Positions 31,909 through 42,771 of a stretch of 52,395 bases of DNA are shown here, in pieces. The DNA is from Fidelibacterota bacterium (GTDB taxonomy: Bacteria > Fidelibacterota > Marinisomatia > Marinisomatales > Marinisomataceae), in the NCBI GenBank assembly GCA_018672235.1, contig JABHGE010000027.1, forward strand, positions 1-52,395, given 5' to 3'. Position 1 is the first letter of the stretch; each line of letters starts with the position of its first letter. The position numbers and the translations under genes were made by a program. A model generated the notes under the pieces. The model saw only the letters and a list, made by a program, of their open reading frames with translations. It made no database searches and was not told the DNA's origin.

Positions 31909-34784
31909 GATCCTTTTAATTCTTCAATTTCATTGAGTAATCGATTAGCATCTGTATCCTCAGGACTTCGCACTATCCAATTTTGAATTAAATTTTTTGC
32001 TTCATCATATTCTTCTAATTCTCTATGGCATAGATATAACAAAAACACTATATCCGGTAAAGTTTTTTGCCATGATTGCCACTCTTGTACTGTAATTTTA
32101 GTAGCAGTAAATCCTTGTTTTTGAATTGCTCTTTCAATAATTAAAAAATTATCGTATATCGTCTTAAAAATTTCTTTTGCTTCTGAATAATCATCTAGAT
32201 TTTGAATAAAAGATTTACCGTACAATAAGTAATCTTCCATCTCAATATCATCTCTCTCCGTTAACTCTTTTAAGTGATATCTAACCTTCTCTTTGTTACC
32301 AATACCGTTATAAATCTGAGTAATCTGATATTGAAGTTCTTTTGATGGCATAGGTATGACTGCGCTAGGCATTTTATCTTCCATATCTAATAATACCATT
32401 TCTGCTTTCTGTAGATTACTATCAAGATAATGTGAAATAGCTAATCGTGTAAACCCTACACGGTAATTCTGAACTAATCTTCCAATTTGTCTATCGACAT
32501 GAACATTTTTATTAGCAAGATTTCTATAAATATAGCCAGGCTGATACTGCTTAGATATAGGCATTTCTACAGTAGTATCTTTATATGAATCATAATCTTC
32601 AAACCAATTTTTATTTCCAACTATTGATAATAAATTTTTAGCCATCTTGTCTTGATTGATTGGATATAGCTTATTATTTACTAATCGATAGGCTAATCCT
32701 TCCATTGTAAAGTAATCATCTAGATTAAGCATGCTAGTAGGAGATACTGTGGCCGCAAAATATATTGGTCTATTCCAATTATTATCTTTAATGATTCGAA
32801 GAACCATAAGATCTTGAATACGTAACGCTACATCAAGATAGGTGGGCTTTAATTCCCATTCAATAATACCTTCAGGATTTAAATCGTCTGCAGGAGCATT
32901 GATAGAAATAGTATTAGATGACCATTTTTTAAAATCTAAATTTTGAATCTCATTATCATTCATAGATATAAAGGAATTATCTTGATCTCTGATTTGGGTG
33001 ACATACCATGGAGTATTTAATAAACTTAGATTGATTACTCTTACATCTGTTCTAATTTTTTCTACTTCTTGTAAATACCATACAGGAAAGGTATCGTTGT
33101 CACCATTAGTAAATAAGATTGCGTCAGGTTCGCAAGTCTGTAACATATTGTATGCCATATCCCAAGCAATATAATTACCAGTTCTATCATGCTCTTCATA
33201 GTTTGCAATGAGCATTCTGAATGGCATAAATACTAAAAATATTGAAGCCATTAAATAAACAAAAACTTGATTAAGCTTAATAGATTTTTCTAAGAAAGTA
33301 TCGCATATGTAATTTACAGTACTGAAAATACCTATCGATATCCATATTGAAAATGCCATAAAACTTGCGACGTAAGAATAATCCCGCTCTCTAGCTTGAG
33401 GACTATCTTGATTTAGATAAAAAATAATTGCTATACCCGTCATAATAAATAATACAAGTAATGATAAGGCATCATACTTATTTCTTCTAAAATGAAAATA
33501 TATACCTATTAAGCCCATTACGAGCGCTAAGGGTAGTCCAAATTGTCTCCAATCTACGCCATCTTCTTTTGAAGATGCTCCAAAATCAGATACAAAAGAA
33601 TCATTACTAGGTCCCTTGCCTGCAAATTGCCATAAAAAATATCTGATATACATTTTATTAATTTGGTAGGTGAGCAGAAAGCTAGCTTGCTCAGAAACAT
33701 TATGGGTCATATACTGGTATTCTTGTCTGCTAGAAAATTGAAAATCTGGATATTCAGGGCTGCCGACTATAGAAATTTTTGATGGAAGATTATTAAATTT
33801 TCTTGGAAGAAATGACATTGAACCATATTGATCACGATTCAAATAAGAAGCAGCTTCTTCTATTGTCTCGGGATTGTTTTCATCAATATTAGGATTTTGT
33901 CCTGAGCGAATAAAGATTGCCAAATAGGTCGAATATCCAATAATAATTAAAAATAAAGACGTATAAATAAGTGAAGAAATTGTCTTTTTATTTTTAATAC
34001 TGCTATACAAAAGATAAGCTAGTATTCCGATAAACAACAATAGACCTTCAAAGCCTATTTTATCTACAATAATTGGAAAGCCTTTAATAATACCGTTCTG
34101 TATTACAATAAAGGCTAACAGCGATAAACCTAATGTAATAATCAAATTTTTAGTTGAAAAATTGGAAGTGGAAAAATAAATAATTAATCCAATAAAGGGG
34201 ATTGTGAGTAGATTTAATAAATGTACTCCAGTAGCCAGCCCAATTACATAAACAATTCCCATCAGATACATTGTACTATATTCTTTTTCTTTATTCTTAG
34301 ACCATATTAAAATTAAATATACTACTAGAGCTGTCATAAAACTGCTCAATGCATATACTTCTGTTTCAACGGCATTAAACCAATGGCTATGGGTAAAGGC
34401 AAACGTAAGTGATGCAATAACTGAAGACCACATTTTAAAGTACTTCATATTATCACTACTATTAAGCCTATCGATAAACTGATTACAAATCAAAAACAAT
34501 AAACTAATAGTTCCAGCGCTAATCAATGGCGAGAAGATATTCATGCGAAAAGCAATATCTGAGCTTAATGGAATGAGCGTAAATAACTTCCCTATTAATA
34601 AGAATAACGGACTACCTGGAGGATGAGGAATACCGAGAATATACGATGTAGCAATAAATTCTCCCGTATCCCAAAAAGAAACTGTAGGTGCCATTGTTGA
34701 AAAATAAATTCCAAAAGTAACAAAGAATAGAATTCCAGCAATTAAAGTCTCTAGTTTTTTACTATAAGTTGTAAAAAAGCTCAA
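31905..34784 (-). CDS. DUF2723/TMEM260-like GT-C membrane glycosyltransferase with C-terminal TPR-like helices
   Basis: WDTGEF, HPPG, ETEVY, HLLNLL, RERDY, GDNDTFP; start moved to the TTG at 34784, 1 nt after the upstream stop. Confidence 0.88.
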   Translation of the reverse strand: MSFFTTYSKKLETLIAGILFFVTFGIYFSTMAPTVSFWDTGEFIATSYILGIPHPPGSPLFLLIGKLFTLIPLSSDIAFRMNIFSPLISAGTISLLFLICNQFIDRLNSSDNMKYFKMWSSVIASLTFAFTHSHWFNAVETEVYALSSFMTALVVYLILIWSKNKEKEYSTMYLMGIVYVIGLATGVHLLNLLTIPFIGLIIYFSTSNFSTKNLIITLGLSLLAFIVIQNGIIKGFPIIVDKIGFEGLLLFIGILAYLLYSSIKNKKTISSLIYTSLFLIIIGYSTYLAIFIRSGQNPNIDENNPETIEEAASYLNRDQYGSMSFLPRKFNNLPSKISIVGSPEYPDFQFSSRQEYQYMTHNVSEQASFLLTYQINKMYIRYFLWQFAGKGPSNDSFVSDFGASSKEDGVDWRQFGLPLALVMGLIGIYFHFRRNKYDALSLLVLFIMTGIAIIFYLNQDSPQARERDYSYVASFMAFSIWISIGIFSTVNYICDTFLEKSIKLNQVFVYLMASIFLVFMPFRMLIANYEEHDRTGNYIAWDMAYNMLQTCEPDAILFTNGDNDTFPVWYLQEVEKIRTDVRVINLSLLNTPWYVTQIRDQDNSFISMNDNEIQNLDFKKWSSNTISINAPADDLNPEGIIEWELKPTYLDVALRIQDLMVLRIIKDNNWNRPIYFAATVSPTSMLNLDDYFTMEGLAYRLVNNKLYPINQDKMAKNLLSIVGNKNWFEDYDSYKDTTVEMPISKQYQPGYIYRNLANKNVHVDRQIGRLVQNYRVGFTRLAISHYLDSNLQKAEMVLLDMEDKMPSAVIPMPSKELQYQITQIYNGIGNKEKVRYHLKELTERDDIEMEDYLLYGKSFIQNLDDYSEAKEIFKTIYDNFLIIERAIQKQGFTATKITVQEWQSWQKTLPDIVFLLYLCHRELEEYDEAKNLIQNWIVRSPEDTDANRLLNEIEELKGS

Positions 34785-34785
34785 T

Positions 34786-35121
34786 TTATTTTTCAGATTC
34801 TTGTTTAGTCTCTTCAGTTGGCTGTGAAGAAATTTCTTCAACTGGTTTAGCATCTTCTGCTTTTTCAACTTCCATATAATTCATTTTTAATTCTGATAAT
34901 ACTTTATCTAAGTATTCTTTTTCTTTATCAGTAAGGCTCGCATGCATTCTACTATTCATCATATCTATCATGTCAATTTGGATAGATGCTTGTGTTAAAT
35001 CTACTGACATCTCATTGGTCATTGGATTTTGTATTTTTCCTAAAGCAATCCAAACGCCATAGACTGACTGAGAAATCAGTGAATCAAAAAGTTGTTTTTC
35101 TGTATAAGGTTTTGTTGTCAT
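34786..35121 (-). CDS. DUF1844-family protein
   Basis: ALGKIQNP...DL.QA...ID.I, L..EK.YL...L.ELKMNY pattern; GAGGA RBS. Confidence 0.75.
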   Translation of the reverse strand: MTTKPYTEKQLFDSLISQSVYGVWIALGKIQNPMTNEMSVDLTQASIQIDMIDMMNSRMHASLTDKEKEYLDKVLSELKMNYMEVEKAEDAKPVEEISSQPTEETKQESEK

Positions 35122-35130
35122 TTTTTTCCT

Positions 35131-37227
35131 CTAATTAACTGTTGTTTTCAAAAATAATTTTAAATATTCATTCTCAAATCTTTGCTTAATTAAACTATTG
35201 ATTGGAGCCTCTAAATTTGCATCATTATGAATAATATCAAAAGCTTTCATTCTAGCATTTCTAATTATTGGTCCATCAGTAGTTAAATCAGCAATCCTAA
35301 ATTTAATAAATCCACTTTGTCTTTCACCAAAAAATTCTCCAGGACCTCTCAATTTTAAATCTTCGTCAGCAATCTCAAATCCATTTCTACTTTTAGTTAA
35401 TACGTTTAAACGTTGTTTTGTATTCGGAGATCCACTATCACTACATAGTATACAATAACTGGTGAGTTTTCCTCTACCAACCCTTCCTCTTAATTGATGT
35501 AGCTGACTGAGACCAAATCGTTCAGAATTATTAATTAGTATAACAGAGGCATTTGGATTATCGATACCAACTTCTACTACTGTAGTTGAAACCAAAATTT
35601 GAATCTCATGATTCATAAACTGCTCCATTACTTTATTTTTTTGATCGATATCTAATTTTCCATGCATCAATCCAACGCTTAAATCAGGGAAAATATTCTG
35701 CCTTAGCATCTCGTAAGATTCAGATGCGGCATCAAGATCTTGTTTTTCAGTTTCTTCAATTAAAGGATACACGACTATTGCTTGTCCGCCTATTGATATT
35801 TTTTCACGTATAAAATTATAAGCAGTATCTAAGTTTTTTTTCTCAATATGAGATGTAAATACATCTGGTCTATTCTTCGGCAATTCATCAATCGTAGATA
35901 AATCCATATCTCCATTATAGGTTATAGCTAGTGTTCTTGGAATAGGGGTTGCTGTCATTGCCATCAGATTAGGAACTGTAGATTTTTTTAATAATAACTG
36001 TCTTTGATTTACTCCAAACCTATGTTGTTCATCTATAATAGATAATCCTAAATTTTGAAAGACCACATCTTTTTGGAACAATGCATGAGTACCAATAACT
36101 ATCTTTGATTTACCGGTCTTAATAGATTCGAGTACTTCTTTTTTTTCTTTGGATTTTAAGCTACCAACTAATAATGAACACTCTACTCCAAGGTTTTCAT
36201 ATTCTGATTTAAAGTTTCTATATAATTGTTTTGCTAATAAATCAGTGGGGGCCATTATCGCAACTTGATAATTATTTTCTACTACAACAGAGGTAGCTAA
36301 AATAGAAACAATCGTTTTTCCGCAACCAACATCTCCCTGTATCATACGATTCATTGGATTTTCTGATAAAAAATCATCAATGATTTCTCTAAGAACCTGT
36401 TTTTGACTACCAGTCAATTCAAAACTTAAATTTTTAAATATTTGATTATAATATTTAGTCTTAAATCCTATCGGAGTAAAACGATTTTCCTTTATTTTCT
36501 TTTTTCTTAATGCTAAAAGAATTTGTAAGAAAAAGTGTTCATCAAATTTGAGTCGATGTATTGATTCATTTAATTTATCAACATTATTAGTAAAGTGAAT
36601 ATTTCTCAATGCAGACTCTAGAGAGCAAATTTCAAATTCTTTTTGCTGTTTTTTGTCAAAATGATCTTGAATGCTATCAAGAGACTCTAAAGCAAGATAG
36701 ATAATCTTCCTCAAGTTTCTATTATCAAGACCTGACTTCTTTAAATCTTCGGTCAAAGGATATACGGGAATTACAAACCCGGTACTAAGAGATATTTCGT
36801 TTGCATTCAATTTATCATATTCAGGATGCACAATTTGAACGCTTCCTTTGTAGTCAGCTACCTTACCATGGACAGCCAATAAATCTCCTACTTTTAGAGA
36901 TTGATAGATATAATCAGATCCATTAAACCACATTAATCTAACCGAGCCAGTATGATCTGCAAGTGTTGCTGTCAGAAAATTGCCGCGTTTCATTTTTCTT
37001 AAATTAACAGACTTCACTCTGCCGACAATATTAACATCCATATCTGTTTTTATAGAACCTATTAGCTGTATTGATGTTCTATCTAGATATTTTCTTGGGA
37101 AATAATACAATAAGTCTTTAATAGTATGAATATTAAGAGATTCTAATACCTGAGCTCTTCTTGGGCCAACACCCTTAATGTATTGAATGGGAGTTTCTAA
37201 TAAATTAGAAGAATTATTGAGTTCCAT
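35131..37227 (-). CDS. recG: ATP-dependent DNA helicase RecG
   Basis: GVGP, wedge domain, QGDVGCGKT, DEQHRFG, TATPIPRTL, QLRGRVGRG, DLKLRGPGE. Confidence 0.98.
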   Translation of the reverse strand: MELNNSSNLLETPIQYIKGVGPRRAQVLESLNIHTIKDLLYYFPRKYLDRTSIQLIGSIKTDMDVNIVGRVKSVNLRKMKRGNFLTATLADHTGSVRLMWFNGSDYIYQSLKVGDLLAVHGKVADYKGSVQIVHPEYDKLNANEISLSTGFVIPVYPLTEDLKKSGLDNRNLRKIIYLALESLDSIQDHFDKKQQKEFEICSLESALRNIHFTNNVDKLNESIHRLKFDEHFFLQILLALRKKKIKENRFTPIGFKTKYYNQIFKNLSFELTGSQKQVLREIIDDFLSENPMNRMIQGDVGCGKTIVSILATSVVVENNYQVAIMAPTDLLAKQLYRNFKSEYENLGVECSLLVGSLKSKEKKEVLESIKTGKSKIVIGTHALFQKDVVFQNLGLSIIDEQHRFGVNQRQLLLKKSTVPNLMAMTATPIPRTLAITYNGDMDLSTIDELPKNRPDVFTSHIEKKNLDTAYNFIREKISIGGQAIVVYPLIEETEKQDLDAASESYEMLRQNIFPDLSVGLMHGKLDIDQKNKVMEQFMNHEIQILVSTTVVEVGIDNPNASVILINNSERFGLSQLHQLRGRVGRGKLTSYCILCSDSGSPNTKQRLNVLTKSRNGFEIADEDLKLRGPGEFFGERQSGFIKFRIADLTTDGPIIRNARMKAFDIIHNDANLEAPINSLIKQRFENEYLKLFLKTTVN

Positions 37228-37236
37228 AAATGGACA

Positions 37237-38577
37237 TTACTTCCATTCTTTTCTATATGTATATGTAATAAGCTCGGAGCTATTAGCTTGAATTTCTAAT
37301 GGAAAGTAAATAGTAGATGCATCATCTTTTATATACATACTTGAAGATTCTTTAATTACCCAATCTCCAACAATTTTTTCAATGGCTTTAACTTTTATAG
37401 ATAAGTTAGAAGTATTCATAATTTGAATTGATATGGTAGACTCTTCACTTTTATTTTGACGATCAAAATTTAAAATTCTACGTTTACCTATAATATCAAA
37501 TGCTTTTCCTGCATCCAATACAGCATTACCGCCTTTATACAACTGACTTAAATTATTTTTACCAATAAAAGATAATTCTCCATTCATACTTTCTTGATAA
37601 AGGTAAATGACGCCAGAAGGTAGAGGGAGCTCTAGATTATTTTCTTTAGAGTTCTCAAATGAAATTTCAATACTTAATGGTTCATCTTTTTGATCGCGTT
37701 CTGAATTTTCAAAAATATATTTCTTTTCATATCCTATTTCCGTTTTAGGCATTAAAGGAAACTGTATAGTTTCATGAGCTTTCAAATTCATATTACTTCC
37801 TAAGCTAAAAATATAAAAGTCTCCTAACTGATTCGTTTTTTCAGACATTGCCATTCCCCTGGAAGCAATCATTGCCATATTACTAGACTTATTTCCGCCA
37901 ATAGGAACTAATCCTTCTACAACTTTTATATCTACGCCCAACAAATTCATATTAGAGCCATTGACCACTTCAGCATCTATGCTAAGAACAGCAGTAGCTT
38001 CTAAACTATCTAATTGTAGCTTATAGACTGGCTTCCAACTAAAACCTGAAGTTAAGTATGTCAGCTCTGCTGTAATGCTCTTTAAGCCTTCAGAAAAAAT
38101 TTCCCATGAAATTTGTGGAGTAAATTTATTTTGAATTTTTTTTGATTTTAACAAAATATATTCAACTCTAGACCTTTGAAAAATTATAAGTCCTTTATTT
38201 GTATTAATAGATACCGATGAAGAGTTAATATCTAACAAAGCTCCTTGCATTGCAGAGTCATTGATAGGCTTGACTTCAACTAATGATCCAATATTTTTTT
38301 TCAGATAAGAATCTGTAGAATAAAAGTTCTTATTTAATGTTTGAGATCCAACTTCTACTCCATCGATATTTAAAAAAGGTGAATCGAATACAATATTTGG
38401 CGAAAGATTATTAAAAGATGTATTATTTTTTCCATCTTTTAGATTCCATAGAATTGGTTCTTTTATGATAGCAAAACTATCTTTATAGATTGTTAGAGTT
38501 CTATTATTTTGAATTGGCTCTAGTTCCTGAGCAACTAGGATATTTAGAGCAAATATTACTATTAATAATTTTTTCAT
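37237..38577 (-). CDS. DUF4139-family exported protein
   Basis: Signal peptide, LTIY...AII, YLTSGFSWKPVY, LPLPSG, GKAFDI. Confidence 0.75.
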   Translation of the reverse strand: MKKLLIVIFALNILVAQELEPIQNNRTLTIYKDSFAIIKEPILWNLKDGKNNTSFNNLSPNIVFDSPFLNIDGVEVGSQTLNKNFYSTDSYLKKNIGSLVEVKPINDSAMQGALLDINSSSVSINTNKGLIIFQRSRVEYILLKSKKIQNKFTPQISWEIFSEGLKSITAELTYLTSGFSWKPVYKLQLDSLEATAVLSIDAEVVNGSNMNLLGVDIKVVEGLVPIGGNKSSNMAMIASRGMAMSEKTNQLGDFYIFSLGSNMNLKAHETIQFPLMPKTEIGYEKKYIFENSERDQKDEPLSIEISFENSKENNLELPLPSGVIYLYQESMNGELSFIGKNNLSQLYKGGNAVLDAGKAFDIIGKRRILNFDRQNKSEESTISIQIMNTSNLSIKVKAIEKIVGDWVIKESSSMYIKDDASTIYFPLEIQANSSELITYTYRKEWK

Positions 38578-41210
38578 TTTAACATACCAATATTGGCAAT
38601 TATTTTTTCTCTTTCAATGATAAAATCATCTAATTTGCTTTTTTCGTGATTCACAATTTTTTCAGGTGCTTTGTCTGTGAATGCTTTGTTGCTTAGTTTT
38701 GTTTTAATTCCTGCGATAAAACTATCAATATCTTCTAATCTTTTATTTAATTTTAATATTTCCTCTTTAGGGTCTACTAGACTTCCTAATGGTACATATA
38801 TAACACAATTTTTACATATTCCTACTGCAGATTGCTCAGGTTTTTCTAAATTTATTTTTATATCTAAGTTTTTTAAATTAGCCAGCGCCATAATCATACT
38901 TTTTAGACTATCAAATAACAATTCATCTTCAGTATTTTTAACAGAAATTGATGCGCCAATCTTTTTAGTTGGTGCTACATTTAATTCTGATCTGATTGTA
39001 CGAATTGCAACTACTGCCTCTTTCAAGGATATTACTTTGGCTTCATCGTATTTTAAACTATCAAAGCCAACAGTTGGCCAAGGCGCTATAATGATATCTG
39101 TATCTATGTCATTTTTTAAATAACTCCAAATTTCTTCTGTTATGAAAGGTGCAATAGGGTGCAATATCAGCAATACCTTTTTCAACACTTCTTTGGATAC
39201 AAGAAATGCATTATTTTTTTCTAACTGATCTAAGCTATTAAATTTGATTTTAGCAATTTCAATATACCAATTACAAAATTCATTCCACGTAAAGTCATAG
39301 ATGACTTTAATTGCTTCATTAAATTGATAGTTATCATAGTGAATATTTACTTTTCCGAGAGTGATATCCAACTTTGAAAGGATCCATCTATCATATATAT
39401 CTAACGACTCTGTATCTAGGGTATCAGTAAAATTTTCTTCATGATTAATCATAATAAATCTACTGGCATTCCAAATTTTATTCATAAAATTTCTGCCTAT
39501 CTCTAAACCATTTTCAGAAAAATAAACATCTGATCCCTGGGGAGACATTAACATAATTGAAAATCTAGTCGCGTCTGTACCATACTTTTCAAACAATTCG
39601 ATTGGGTCTGGTGAATTTCCAAGAGATTTACTTAATTTTTTTCCAGTACTATCTCTTAAAATGCTAGTAAAGTACACATCTTTAAATGGGATTTCATCTA
39701 GAAATTCTATTCCAGAAATAATCATTCTAGCTACCCAGAAGAATATAATATCCGGGCCAGTCACCAATATATCAGTTGGATAATATTGCTTTATTAATTT
39801 TTTATTATTAGGCCAACCATGAACTCCAAATGGCCACAACCAGGAACTAAACCATGTATCCAATACATCTTCTTCTTGCTCCCAATTTTCAATATCTTCA
39901 GGTGGAGTTATAGATACATACCAATTTTCTTGTTTGCTATAATCAGATCCTTTTTTATACCATACTGGAATACGATGCCCCCAATATAATTGGCGACTAA
40001 TACACCAATCTTGAATATTGTCCATCCAATGATTATATGTTTTAACCCAGTGATTAGGATAAAAATTTATTTCACCTGATTTAACGGCTTCAGTAGCTGG
40101 CTTAGCCAGTTCTTTCATCTTTAAAAACCATTGATTAGACAAATAATACTCTATTGGAACATCTCCTCTTTCAGAATATCCAACTTTGTGAAGATAGTCT
40201 TCTTCTTTTAACAAAGAACCTTCTATCTCTAGATCATTAATAATTTGCTTTCTAGCTTTTTCTCTCGTCAATCCAACATATTTATCGGGAGCATTGGAAT
40301 TAATTGATCCATCTGGATTCATAATATTTAACATATCGAGCGTATGCGCAATACCAACATTATAATCATTTGGGTCATGGGCTGGTGTTATCTTAACACA
40401 TCCTGTACCAAATTCAGGGTCAACCATTTTATCTGCAATAATTGGAATAGCTTTATTTACAAGAGGTAGGACTGCATGCTTTCCAATTAGAGATCTAAAT
40501 CTTTTGTCTGATGGATTTACTGCTATAGCAGCGTCACCCAGCATTGTTTCTGGTCTGGTAGTAGCAATTTGAATAAATGTATCAGAATCTTGAATTTTAT
40601 ACTTTATATACCACAATTTTCCCTGTACTTCTTTAAAAATGACTTCTTCATCACTTAATGCAGTTTGAGATTTTGGGCACCAATTAACTAATCTATTTCC
40701 TTTGTGAATTAATCCTTTTTTATACAACCTTACAAACGACTCTAATACAGCATTAGAGTAGTCTTCATCCATTGTAAAAGTGAGTTTATCCCAATCGCAT
40801 GAATTACCCAATTTTTGCTGTTGCTCAAGAATAATTCCGCCATATTTTTCTTTCCATTCCCATGCATGGGTTAAAAATTCTTCTCTAGAAATATCTTTCT
40901 TATTAATCCCCTTATCTTCTAACATTTTAGCTACTTTTGACTCTGTAGCTATAGAAGCGTGATCTGTTCCAGGAATCCAAGACACATTTTTTCCTTCCAT
41001 TCTTGCTTTTCTAGTAAGTATATCTTGTATAGTATTATTTAAAACATGTCCCATTGTCAATTTACCGGTAACATTAGGTGGTGGAATGACAATAGTATAA
41101 TTTTCTTTATCATCTGATGGTGATGAAGAAAAATATTTTCTTTCCATCCAGTAGTCATACCATTTTTTTTCTAAAATGCTTGGCGAGTATTTTGAGTCTA
41201 ATAGTTTCAT
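38574..41210 (-). CDS. valS: Valine--tRNA ligase
   Basis: PPPNVTG, ATTRPET, DWCISRQL, DVLDTWFSS, KLSKS, C-terminal coiled coil. Confidence 0.98.
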   Translation of the reverse strand: MKLLDSKYSPSILEKKWYDYWMERKYFSSSPSDDKENYTIVIPPPNVTGKLTMGHVLNNTIQDILTRKARMEGKNVSWIPGTDHASIATESKVAKMLEDKGINKKDISREEFLTHAWEWKEKYGGIILEQQQKLGNSCDWDKLTFTMDEDYSNAVLESFVRLYKKGLIHKGNRLVNWCPKSQTALSDEEVIFKEVQGKLWYIKYKIQDSDTFIQIATTRPETMLGDAAIAVNPSDKRFRSLIGKHAVLPLVNKAIPIIADKMVDPEFGTGCVKITPAHDPNDYNVGIAHTLDMLNIMNPDGSINSNAPDKYVGLTREKARKQIINDLEIEGSLLKEEDYLHKVGYSERGDVPIEYYLSNQWFLKMKELAKPATEAVKSGEINFYPNHWVKTYNHWMDNIQDWCISRQLYWGHRIPVWYKKGSDYSKQENWYVSITPPEDIENWEQEEDVLDTWFSSWLWPFGVHGWPNNKKLIKQYYPTDILVTGPDIIFFWVARMIISGIEFLDEIPFKDVYFTSILRDSTGKKLSKSLGNSPDPIELFEKYGTDATRFSIMLMSPQGSDVYFSENGLEIGRNFMNKIWNASRFIMINHEENFTDTLDTESLDIYDRWILSKLDITLGKVNIHYDNYQFNEAIKVIYDFTWNEFCNWYIEIAKIKFNSLDQLEKNNAFLVSKEVLKKVLLILHPIAPFITEEIWSYLKNDIDTDIIIAPWPTVGFDSLKYDEAKVISLKEAVVAIRTIRSELNVAPTKKIGASISVKNTEDELLFDSLKSMIMALANLKNLDIKINLEKPEQSAVGICKNCVIYVPLGSLVDPKEEILKLNKRLEDIDSFIAGIKTKLSNKAFTDKAPEKIVNHEKSKLDDFIIEREKIIANIGMLK

Positions 41211-42520
41211 TTTAAATAATCTTTTAAAGCTTGAATTAAATCCGTTACTTCATTTTTAGTTTTTGCTTCAGCAAAGATTCTAATTATTGGCTCAGTGTTA
41301 GATTTTCTAATGTGAATCCACTTTTCAGGCCAACTAAATTTAATTCCATCACTTCGATTAATTTCGTCACAATTGAATACAGTAGCAAGACTATCAAAAT
41401 CAATTGAGTCATCTATATTAATTTTATCTTTAATAAATATATATTCAGGAATTCCAGAAATAATTTCATCAATAGATTTATTATCTTTTGATAGGAGATT
41501 TAAAATCATTGATACGCCAACCAAGGAATCTCTTCCAAGATGCACTTCTTTTAAAATTATCCCTCCATTTCCTTCGCCACCAATATCAATATTTAACTCT
41601 TTCATCTTTTCAACAACATGTGCTTCACCAATTTTAGTTCTAATTGAGCCTGATGAAATATCATCAATCATTCTTGATGTAGATAAATTTGTTACTATTT
41701 CACTATCTTGATAATTAATAAAATTTTTAAAGGCTAATACTAAAGTATACTCTTCGCCAATAGCTTGACCCATATTGGATACTATAGATAATCTGTCTCC
41801 ATCTGGATCGGTAGCAAAGCCAATGTCAGCACCAACCTCTAGGACTTTTTCTTCTAAATCTTTCAAATTTTCTGCAAGCGGTTCAGCAACTCGTGTAAAA
41901 TTACCATCCCCATTGCAATTTATCATTGTCACATCACAACCTAGGTCCTTACATAGTTGTGGTAAAATACTGGAGCTGGCTCCATTAACTGCATCTATGA
42001 CTACTTTAAATTTATTAGATCGAATAACATTAGGATTGATACATTGCGCAGAAAATACCTTAGCAATATGTTCTTCATCGCCAGAAGTATAATCAGATAT
42101 CTCTCCCATTATTTCTGATTTATTTAGAGTCAACTGACTATCTACAGATGCAAATAATATGCTACATTGATTTGGCGATAAAAATGTACCATCTTTTTGA
42201 AGAAATTTTAACCCATTATATTCGGTTGGATTATGACTAGCTGTAATAATAATTCCGCCGTCATATCTATCTTTTTCTGTCATTAATTGTATAGTAGGAG
42301 TTGTGGCCAAGTCACAGCTATCTACATTGACTCCATATTTAATAAAGGCATCAATTACCCATTGAGATATGTCTTTGCCTGAAGGCCTACCATCTCTTCC
42401 AATTACACAAGATTTGATATTTTGATTAGAAATAAATGAAGCGATATATTGATCGATCATCTTAGGACTGAAATCATCTTTTACAATACCTCTGAGTCCT
42501 GATGCACTTCTTATAAGCAT
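41207..42520 (-). CDS. glmM: Alpha-D-phosphohexomutase (phosphoglucosamine mutase / phosphomannomutase family)
   Basis: SASGLRG, TASHNP, DPDGDR, GEGNGG, RKSNTEP; exact substrate uncertain. Confidence 0.8.
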   Translation of the reverse strand: MLIRSASGLRGIVKDDFSPKMIDQYIASFISNQNIKSCVIGRDGRPSGKDISQWVIDAFIKYGVNVDSCDLATTPTIQLMTEKDRYDGGIIITASHNPTEYNGLKFLQKDGTFLSPNQCSILFASVDSQLTLNKSEIMGEISDYTSGDEEHIAKVFSAQCINPNVIRSNKFKVVIDAVNGASSSILPQLCKDLGCDVTMINCNGDGNFTRVAEPLAENLKDLEEKVLEVGADIGFATDPDGDRLSIVSNMGQAIGEEYTLVLAFKNFINYQDSEIVTNLSTSRMIDDISSGSIRTKIGEAHVVEKMKELNIDIGGEGNGGIILKEVHLGRDSLVGVSMILNLLSKDNKSIDEIISGIPEYIFIKDKINIDDSIDFDSLATVFNCDEINRSDGIKFSWPEKWIHIRKSNTEPIIRIFAEAKTKNEVTDLIQALKDYLK

Positions 42521-42568
42521 ATCGGAGATTAGAACATTTTTTGGAAAATAGAAAGAGGAGTTATTAGA

Positions 42569-42763
42569 CTAATTATTGAATTTTGCTAGTCTGATAGCTC
42601 TGCGAATGGTTTGTTTTTTTGCAATTCTTTTTGTGACACTTGGCTTTTCGTAAAAAGCTTTTCTTTTTACATCTTTAAGCACGCCAGAACGTTCCCATTT
42701 CTTTTTGAAACGTCTTAATGCTCTTTCAAGCGATTCATTGTCTTTTATATTTACTTCTATCAT
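42569..42763 (-). CDS. rpsU: 30S ribosomal protein S21
   Basis: ESLERALRRFKKK...YEKPS; true start at the ATG at 42763 (64 aa). Confidence 0.96.
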   Translation of the reverse strand: MIEVNIKDNESLERALRRFKKKWERSGVLKDVKRKAFYEKPSVTKRIAKKQTIRRAIRLAKFNN

Positions 42764-42771
42764 AGTGCGGA

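Noticed and set aside
34785..34868. N-terminal extensions in the ORF track for DUF2723 (also rpsU 42764-42844, ybeY 50256-50360, cytidylyltransferase 9189-9215)
   Set aside because: They overlap upstream genes; downstream starts fit family N-termini and translational coupling better
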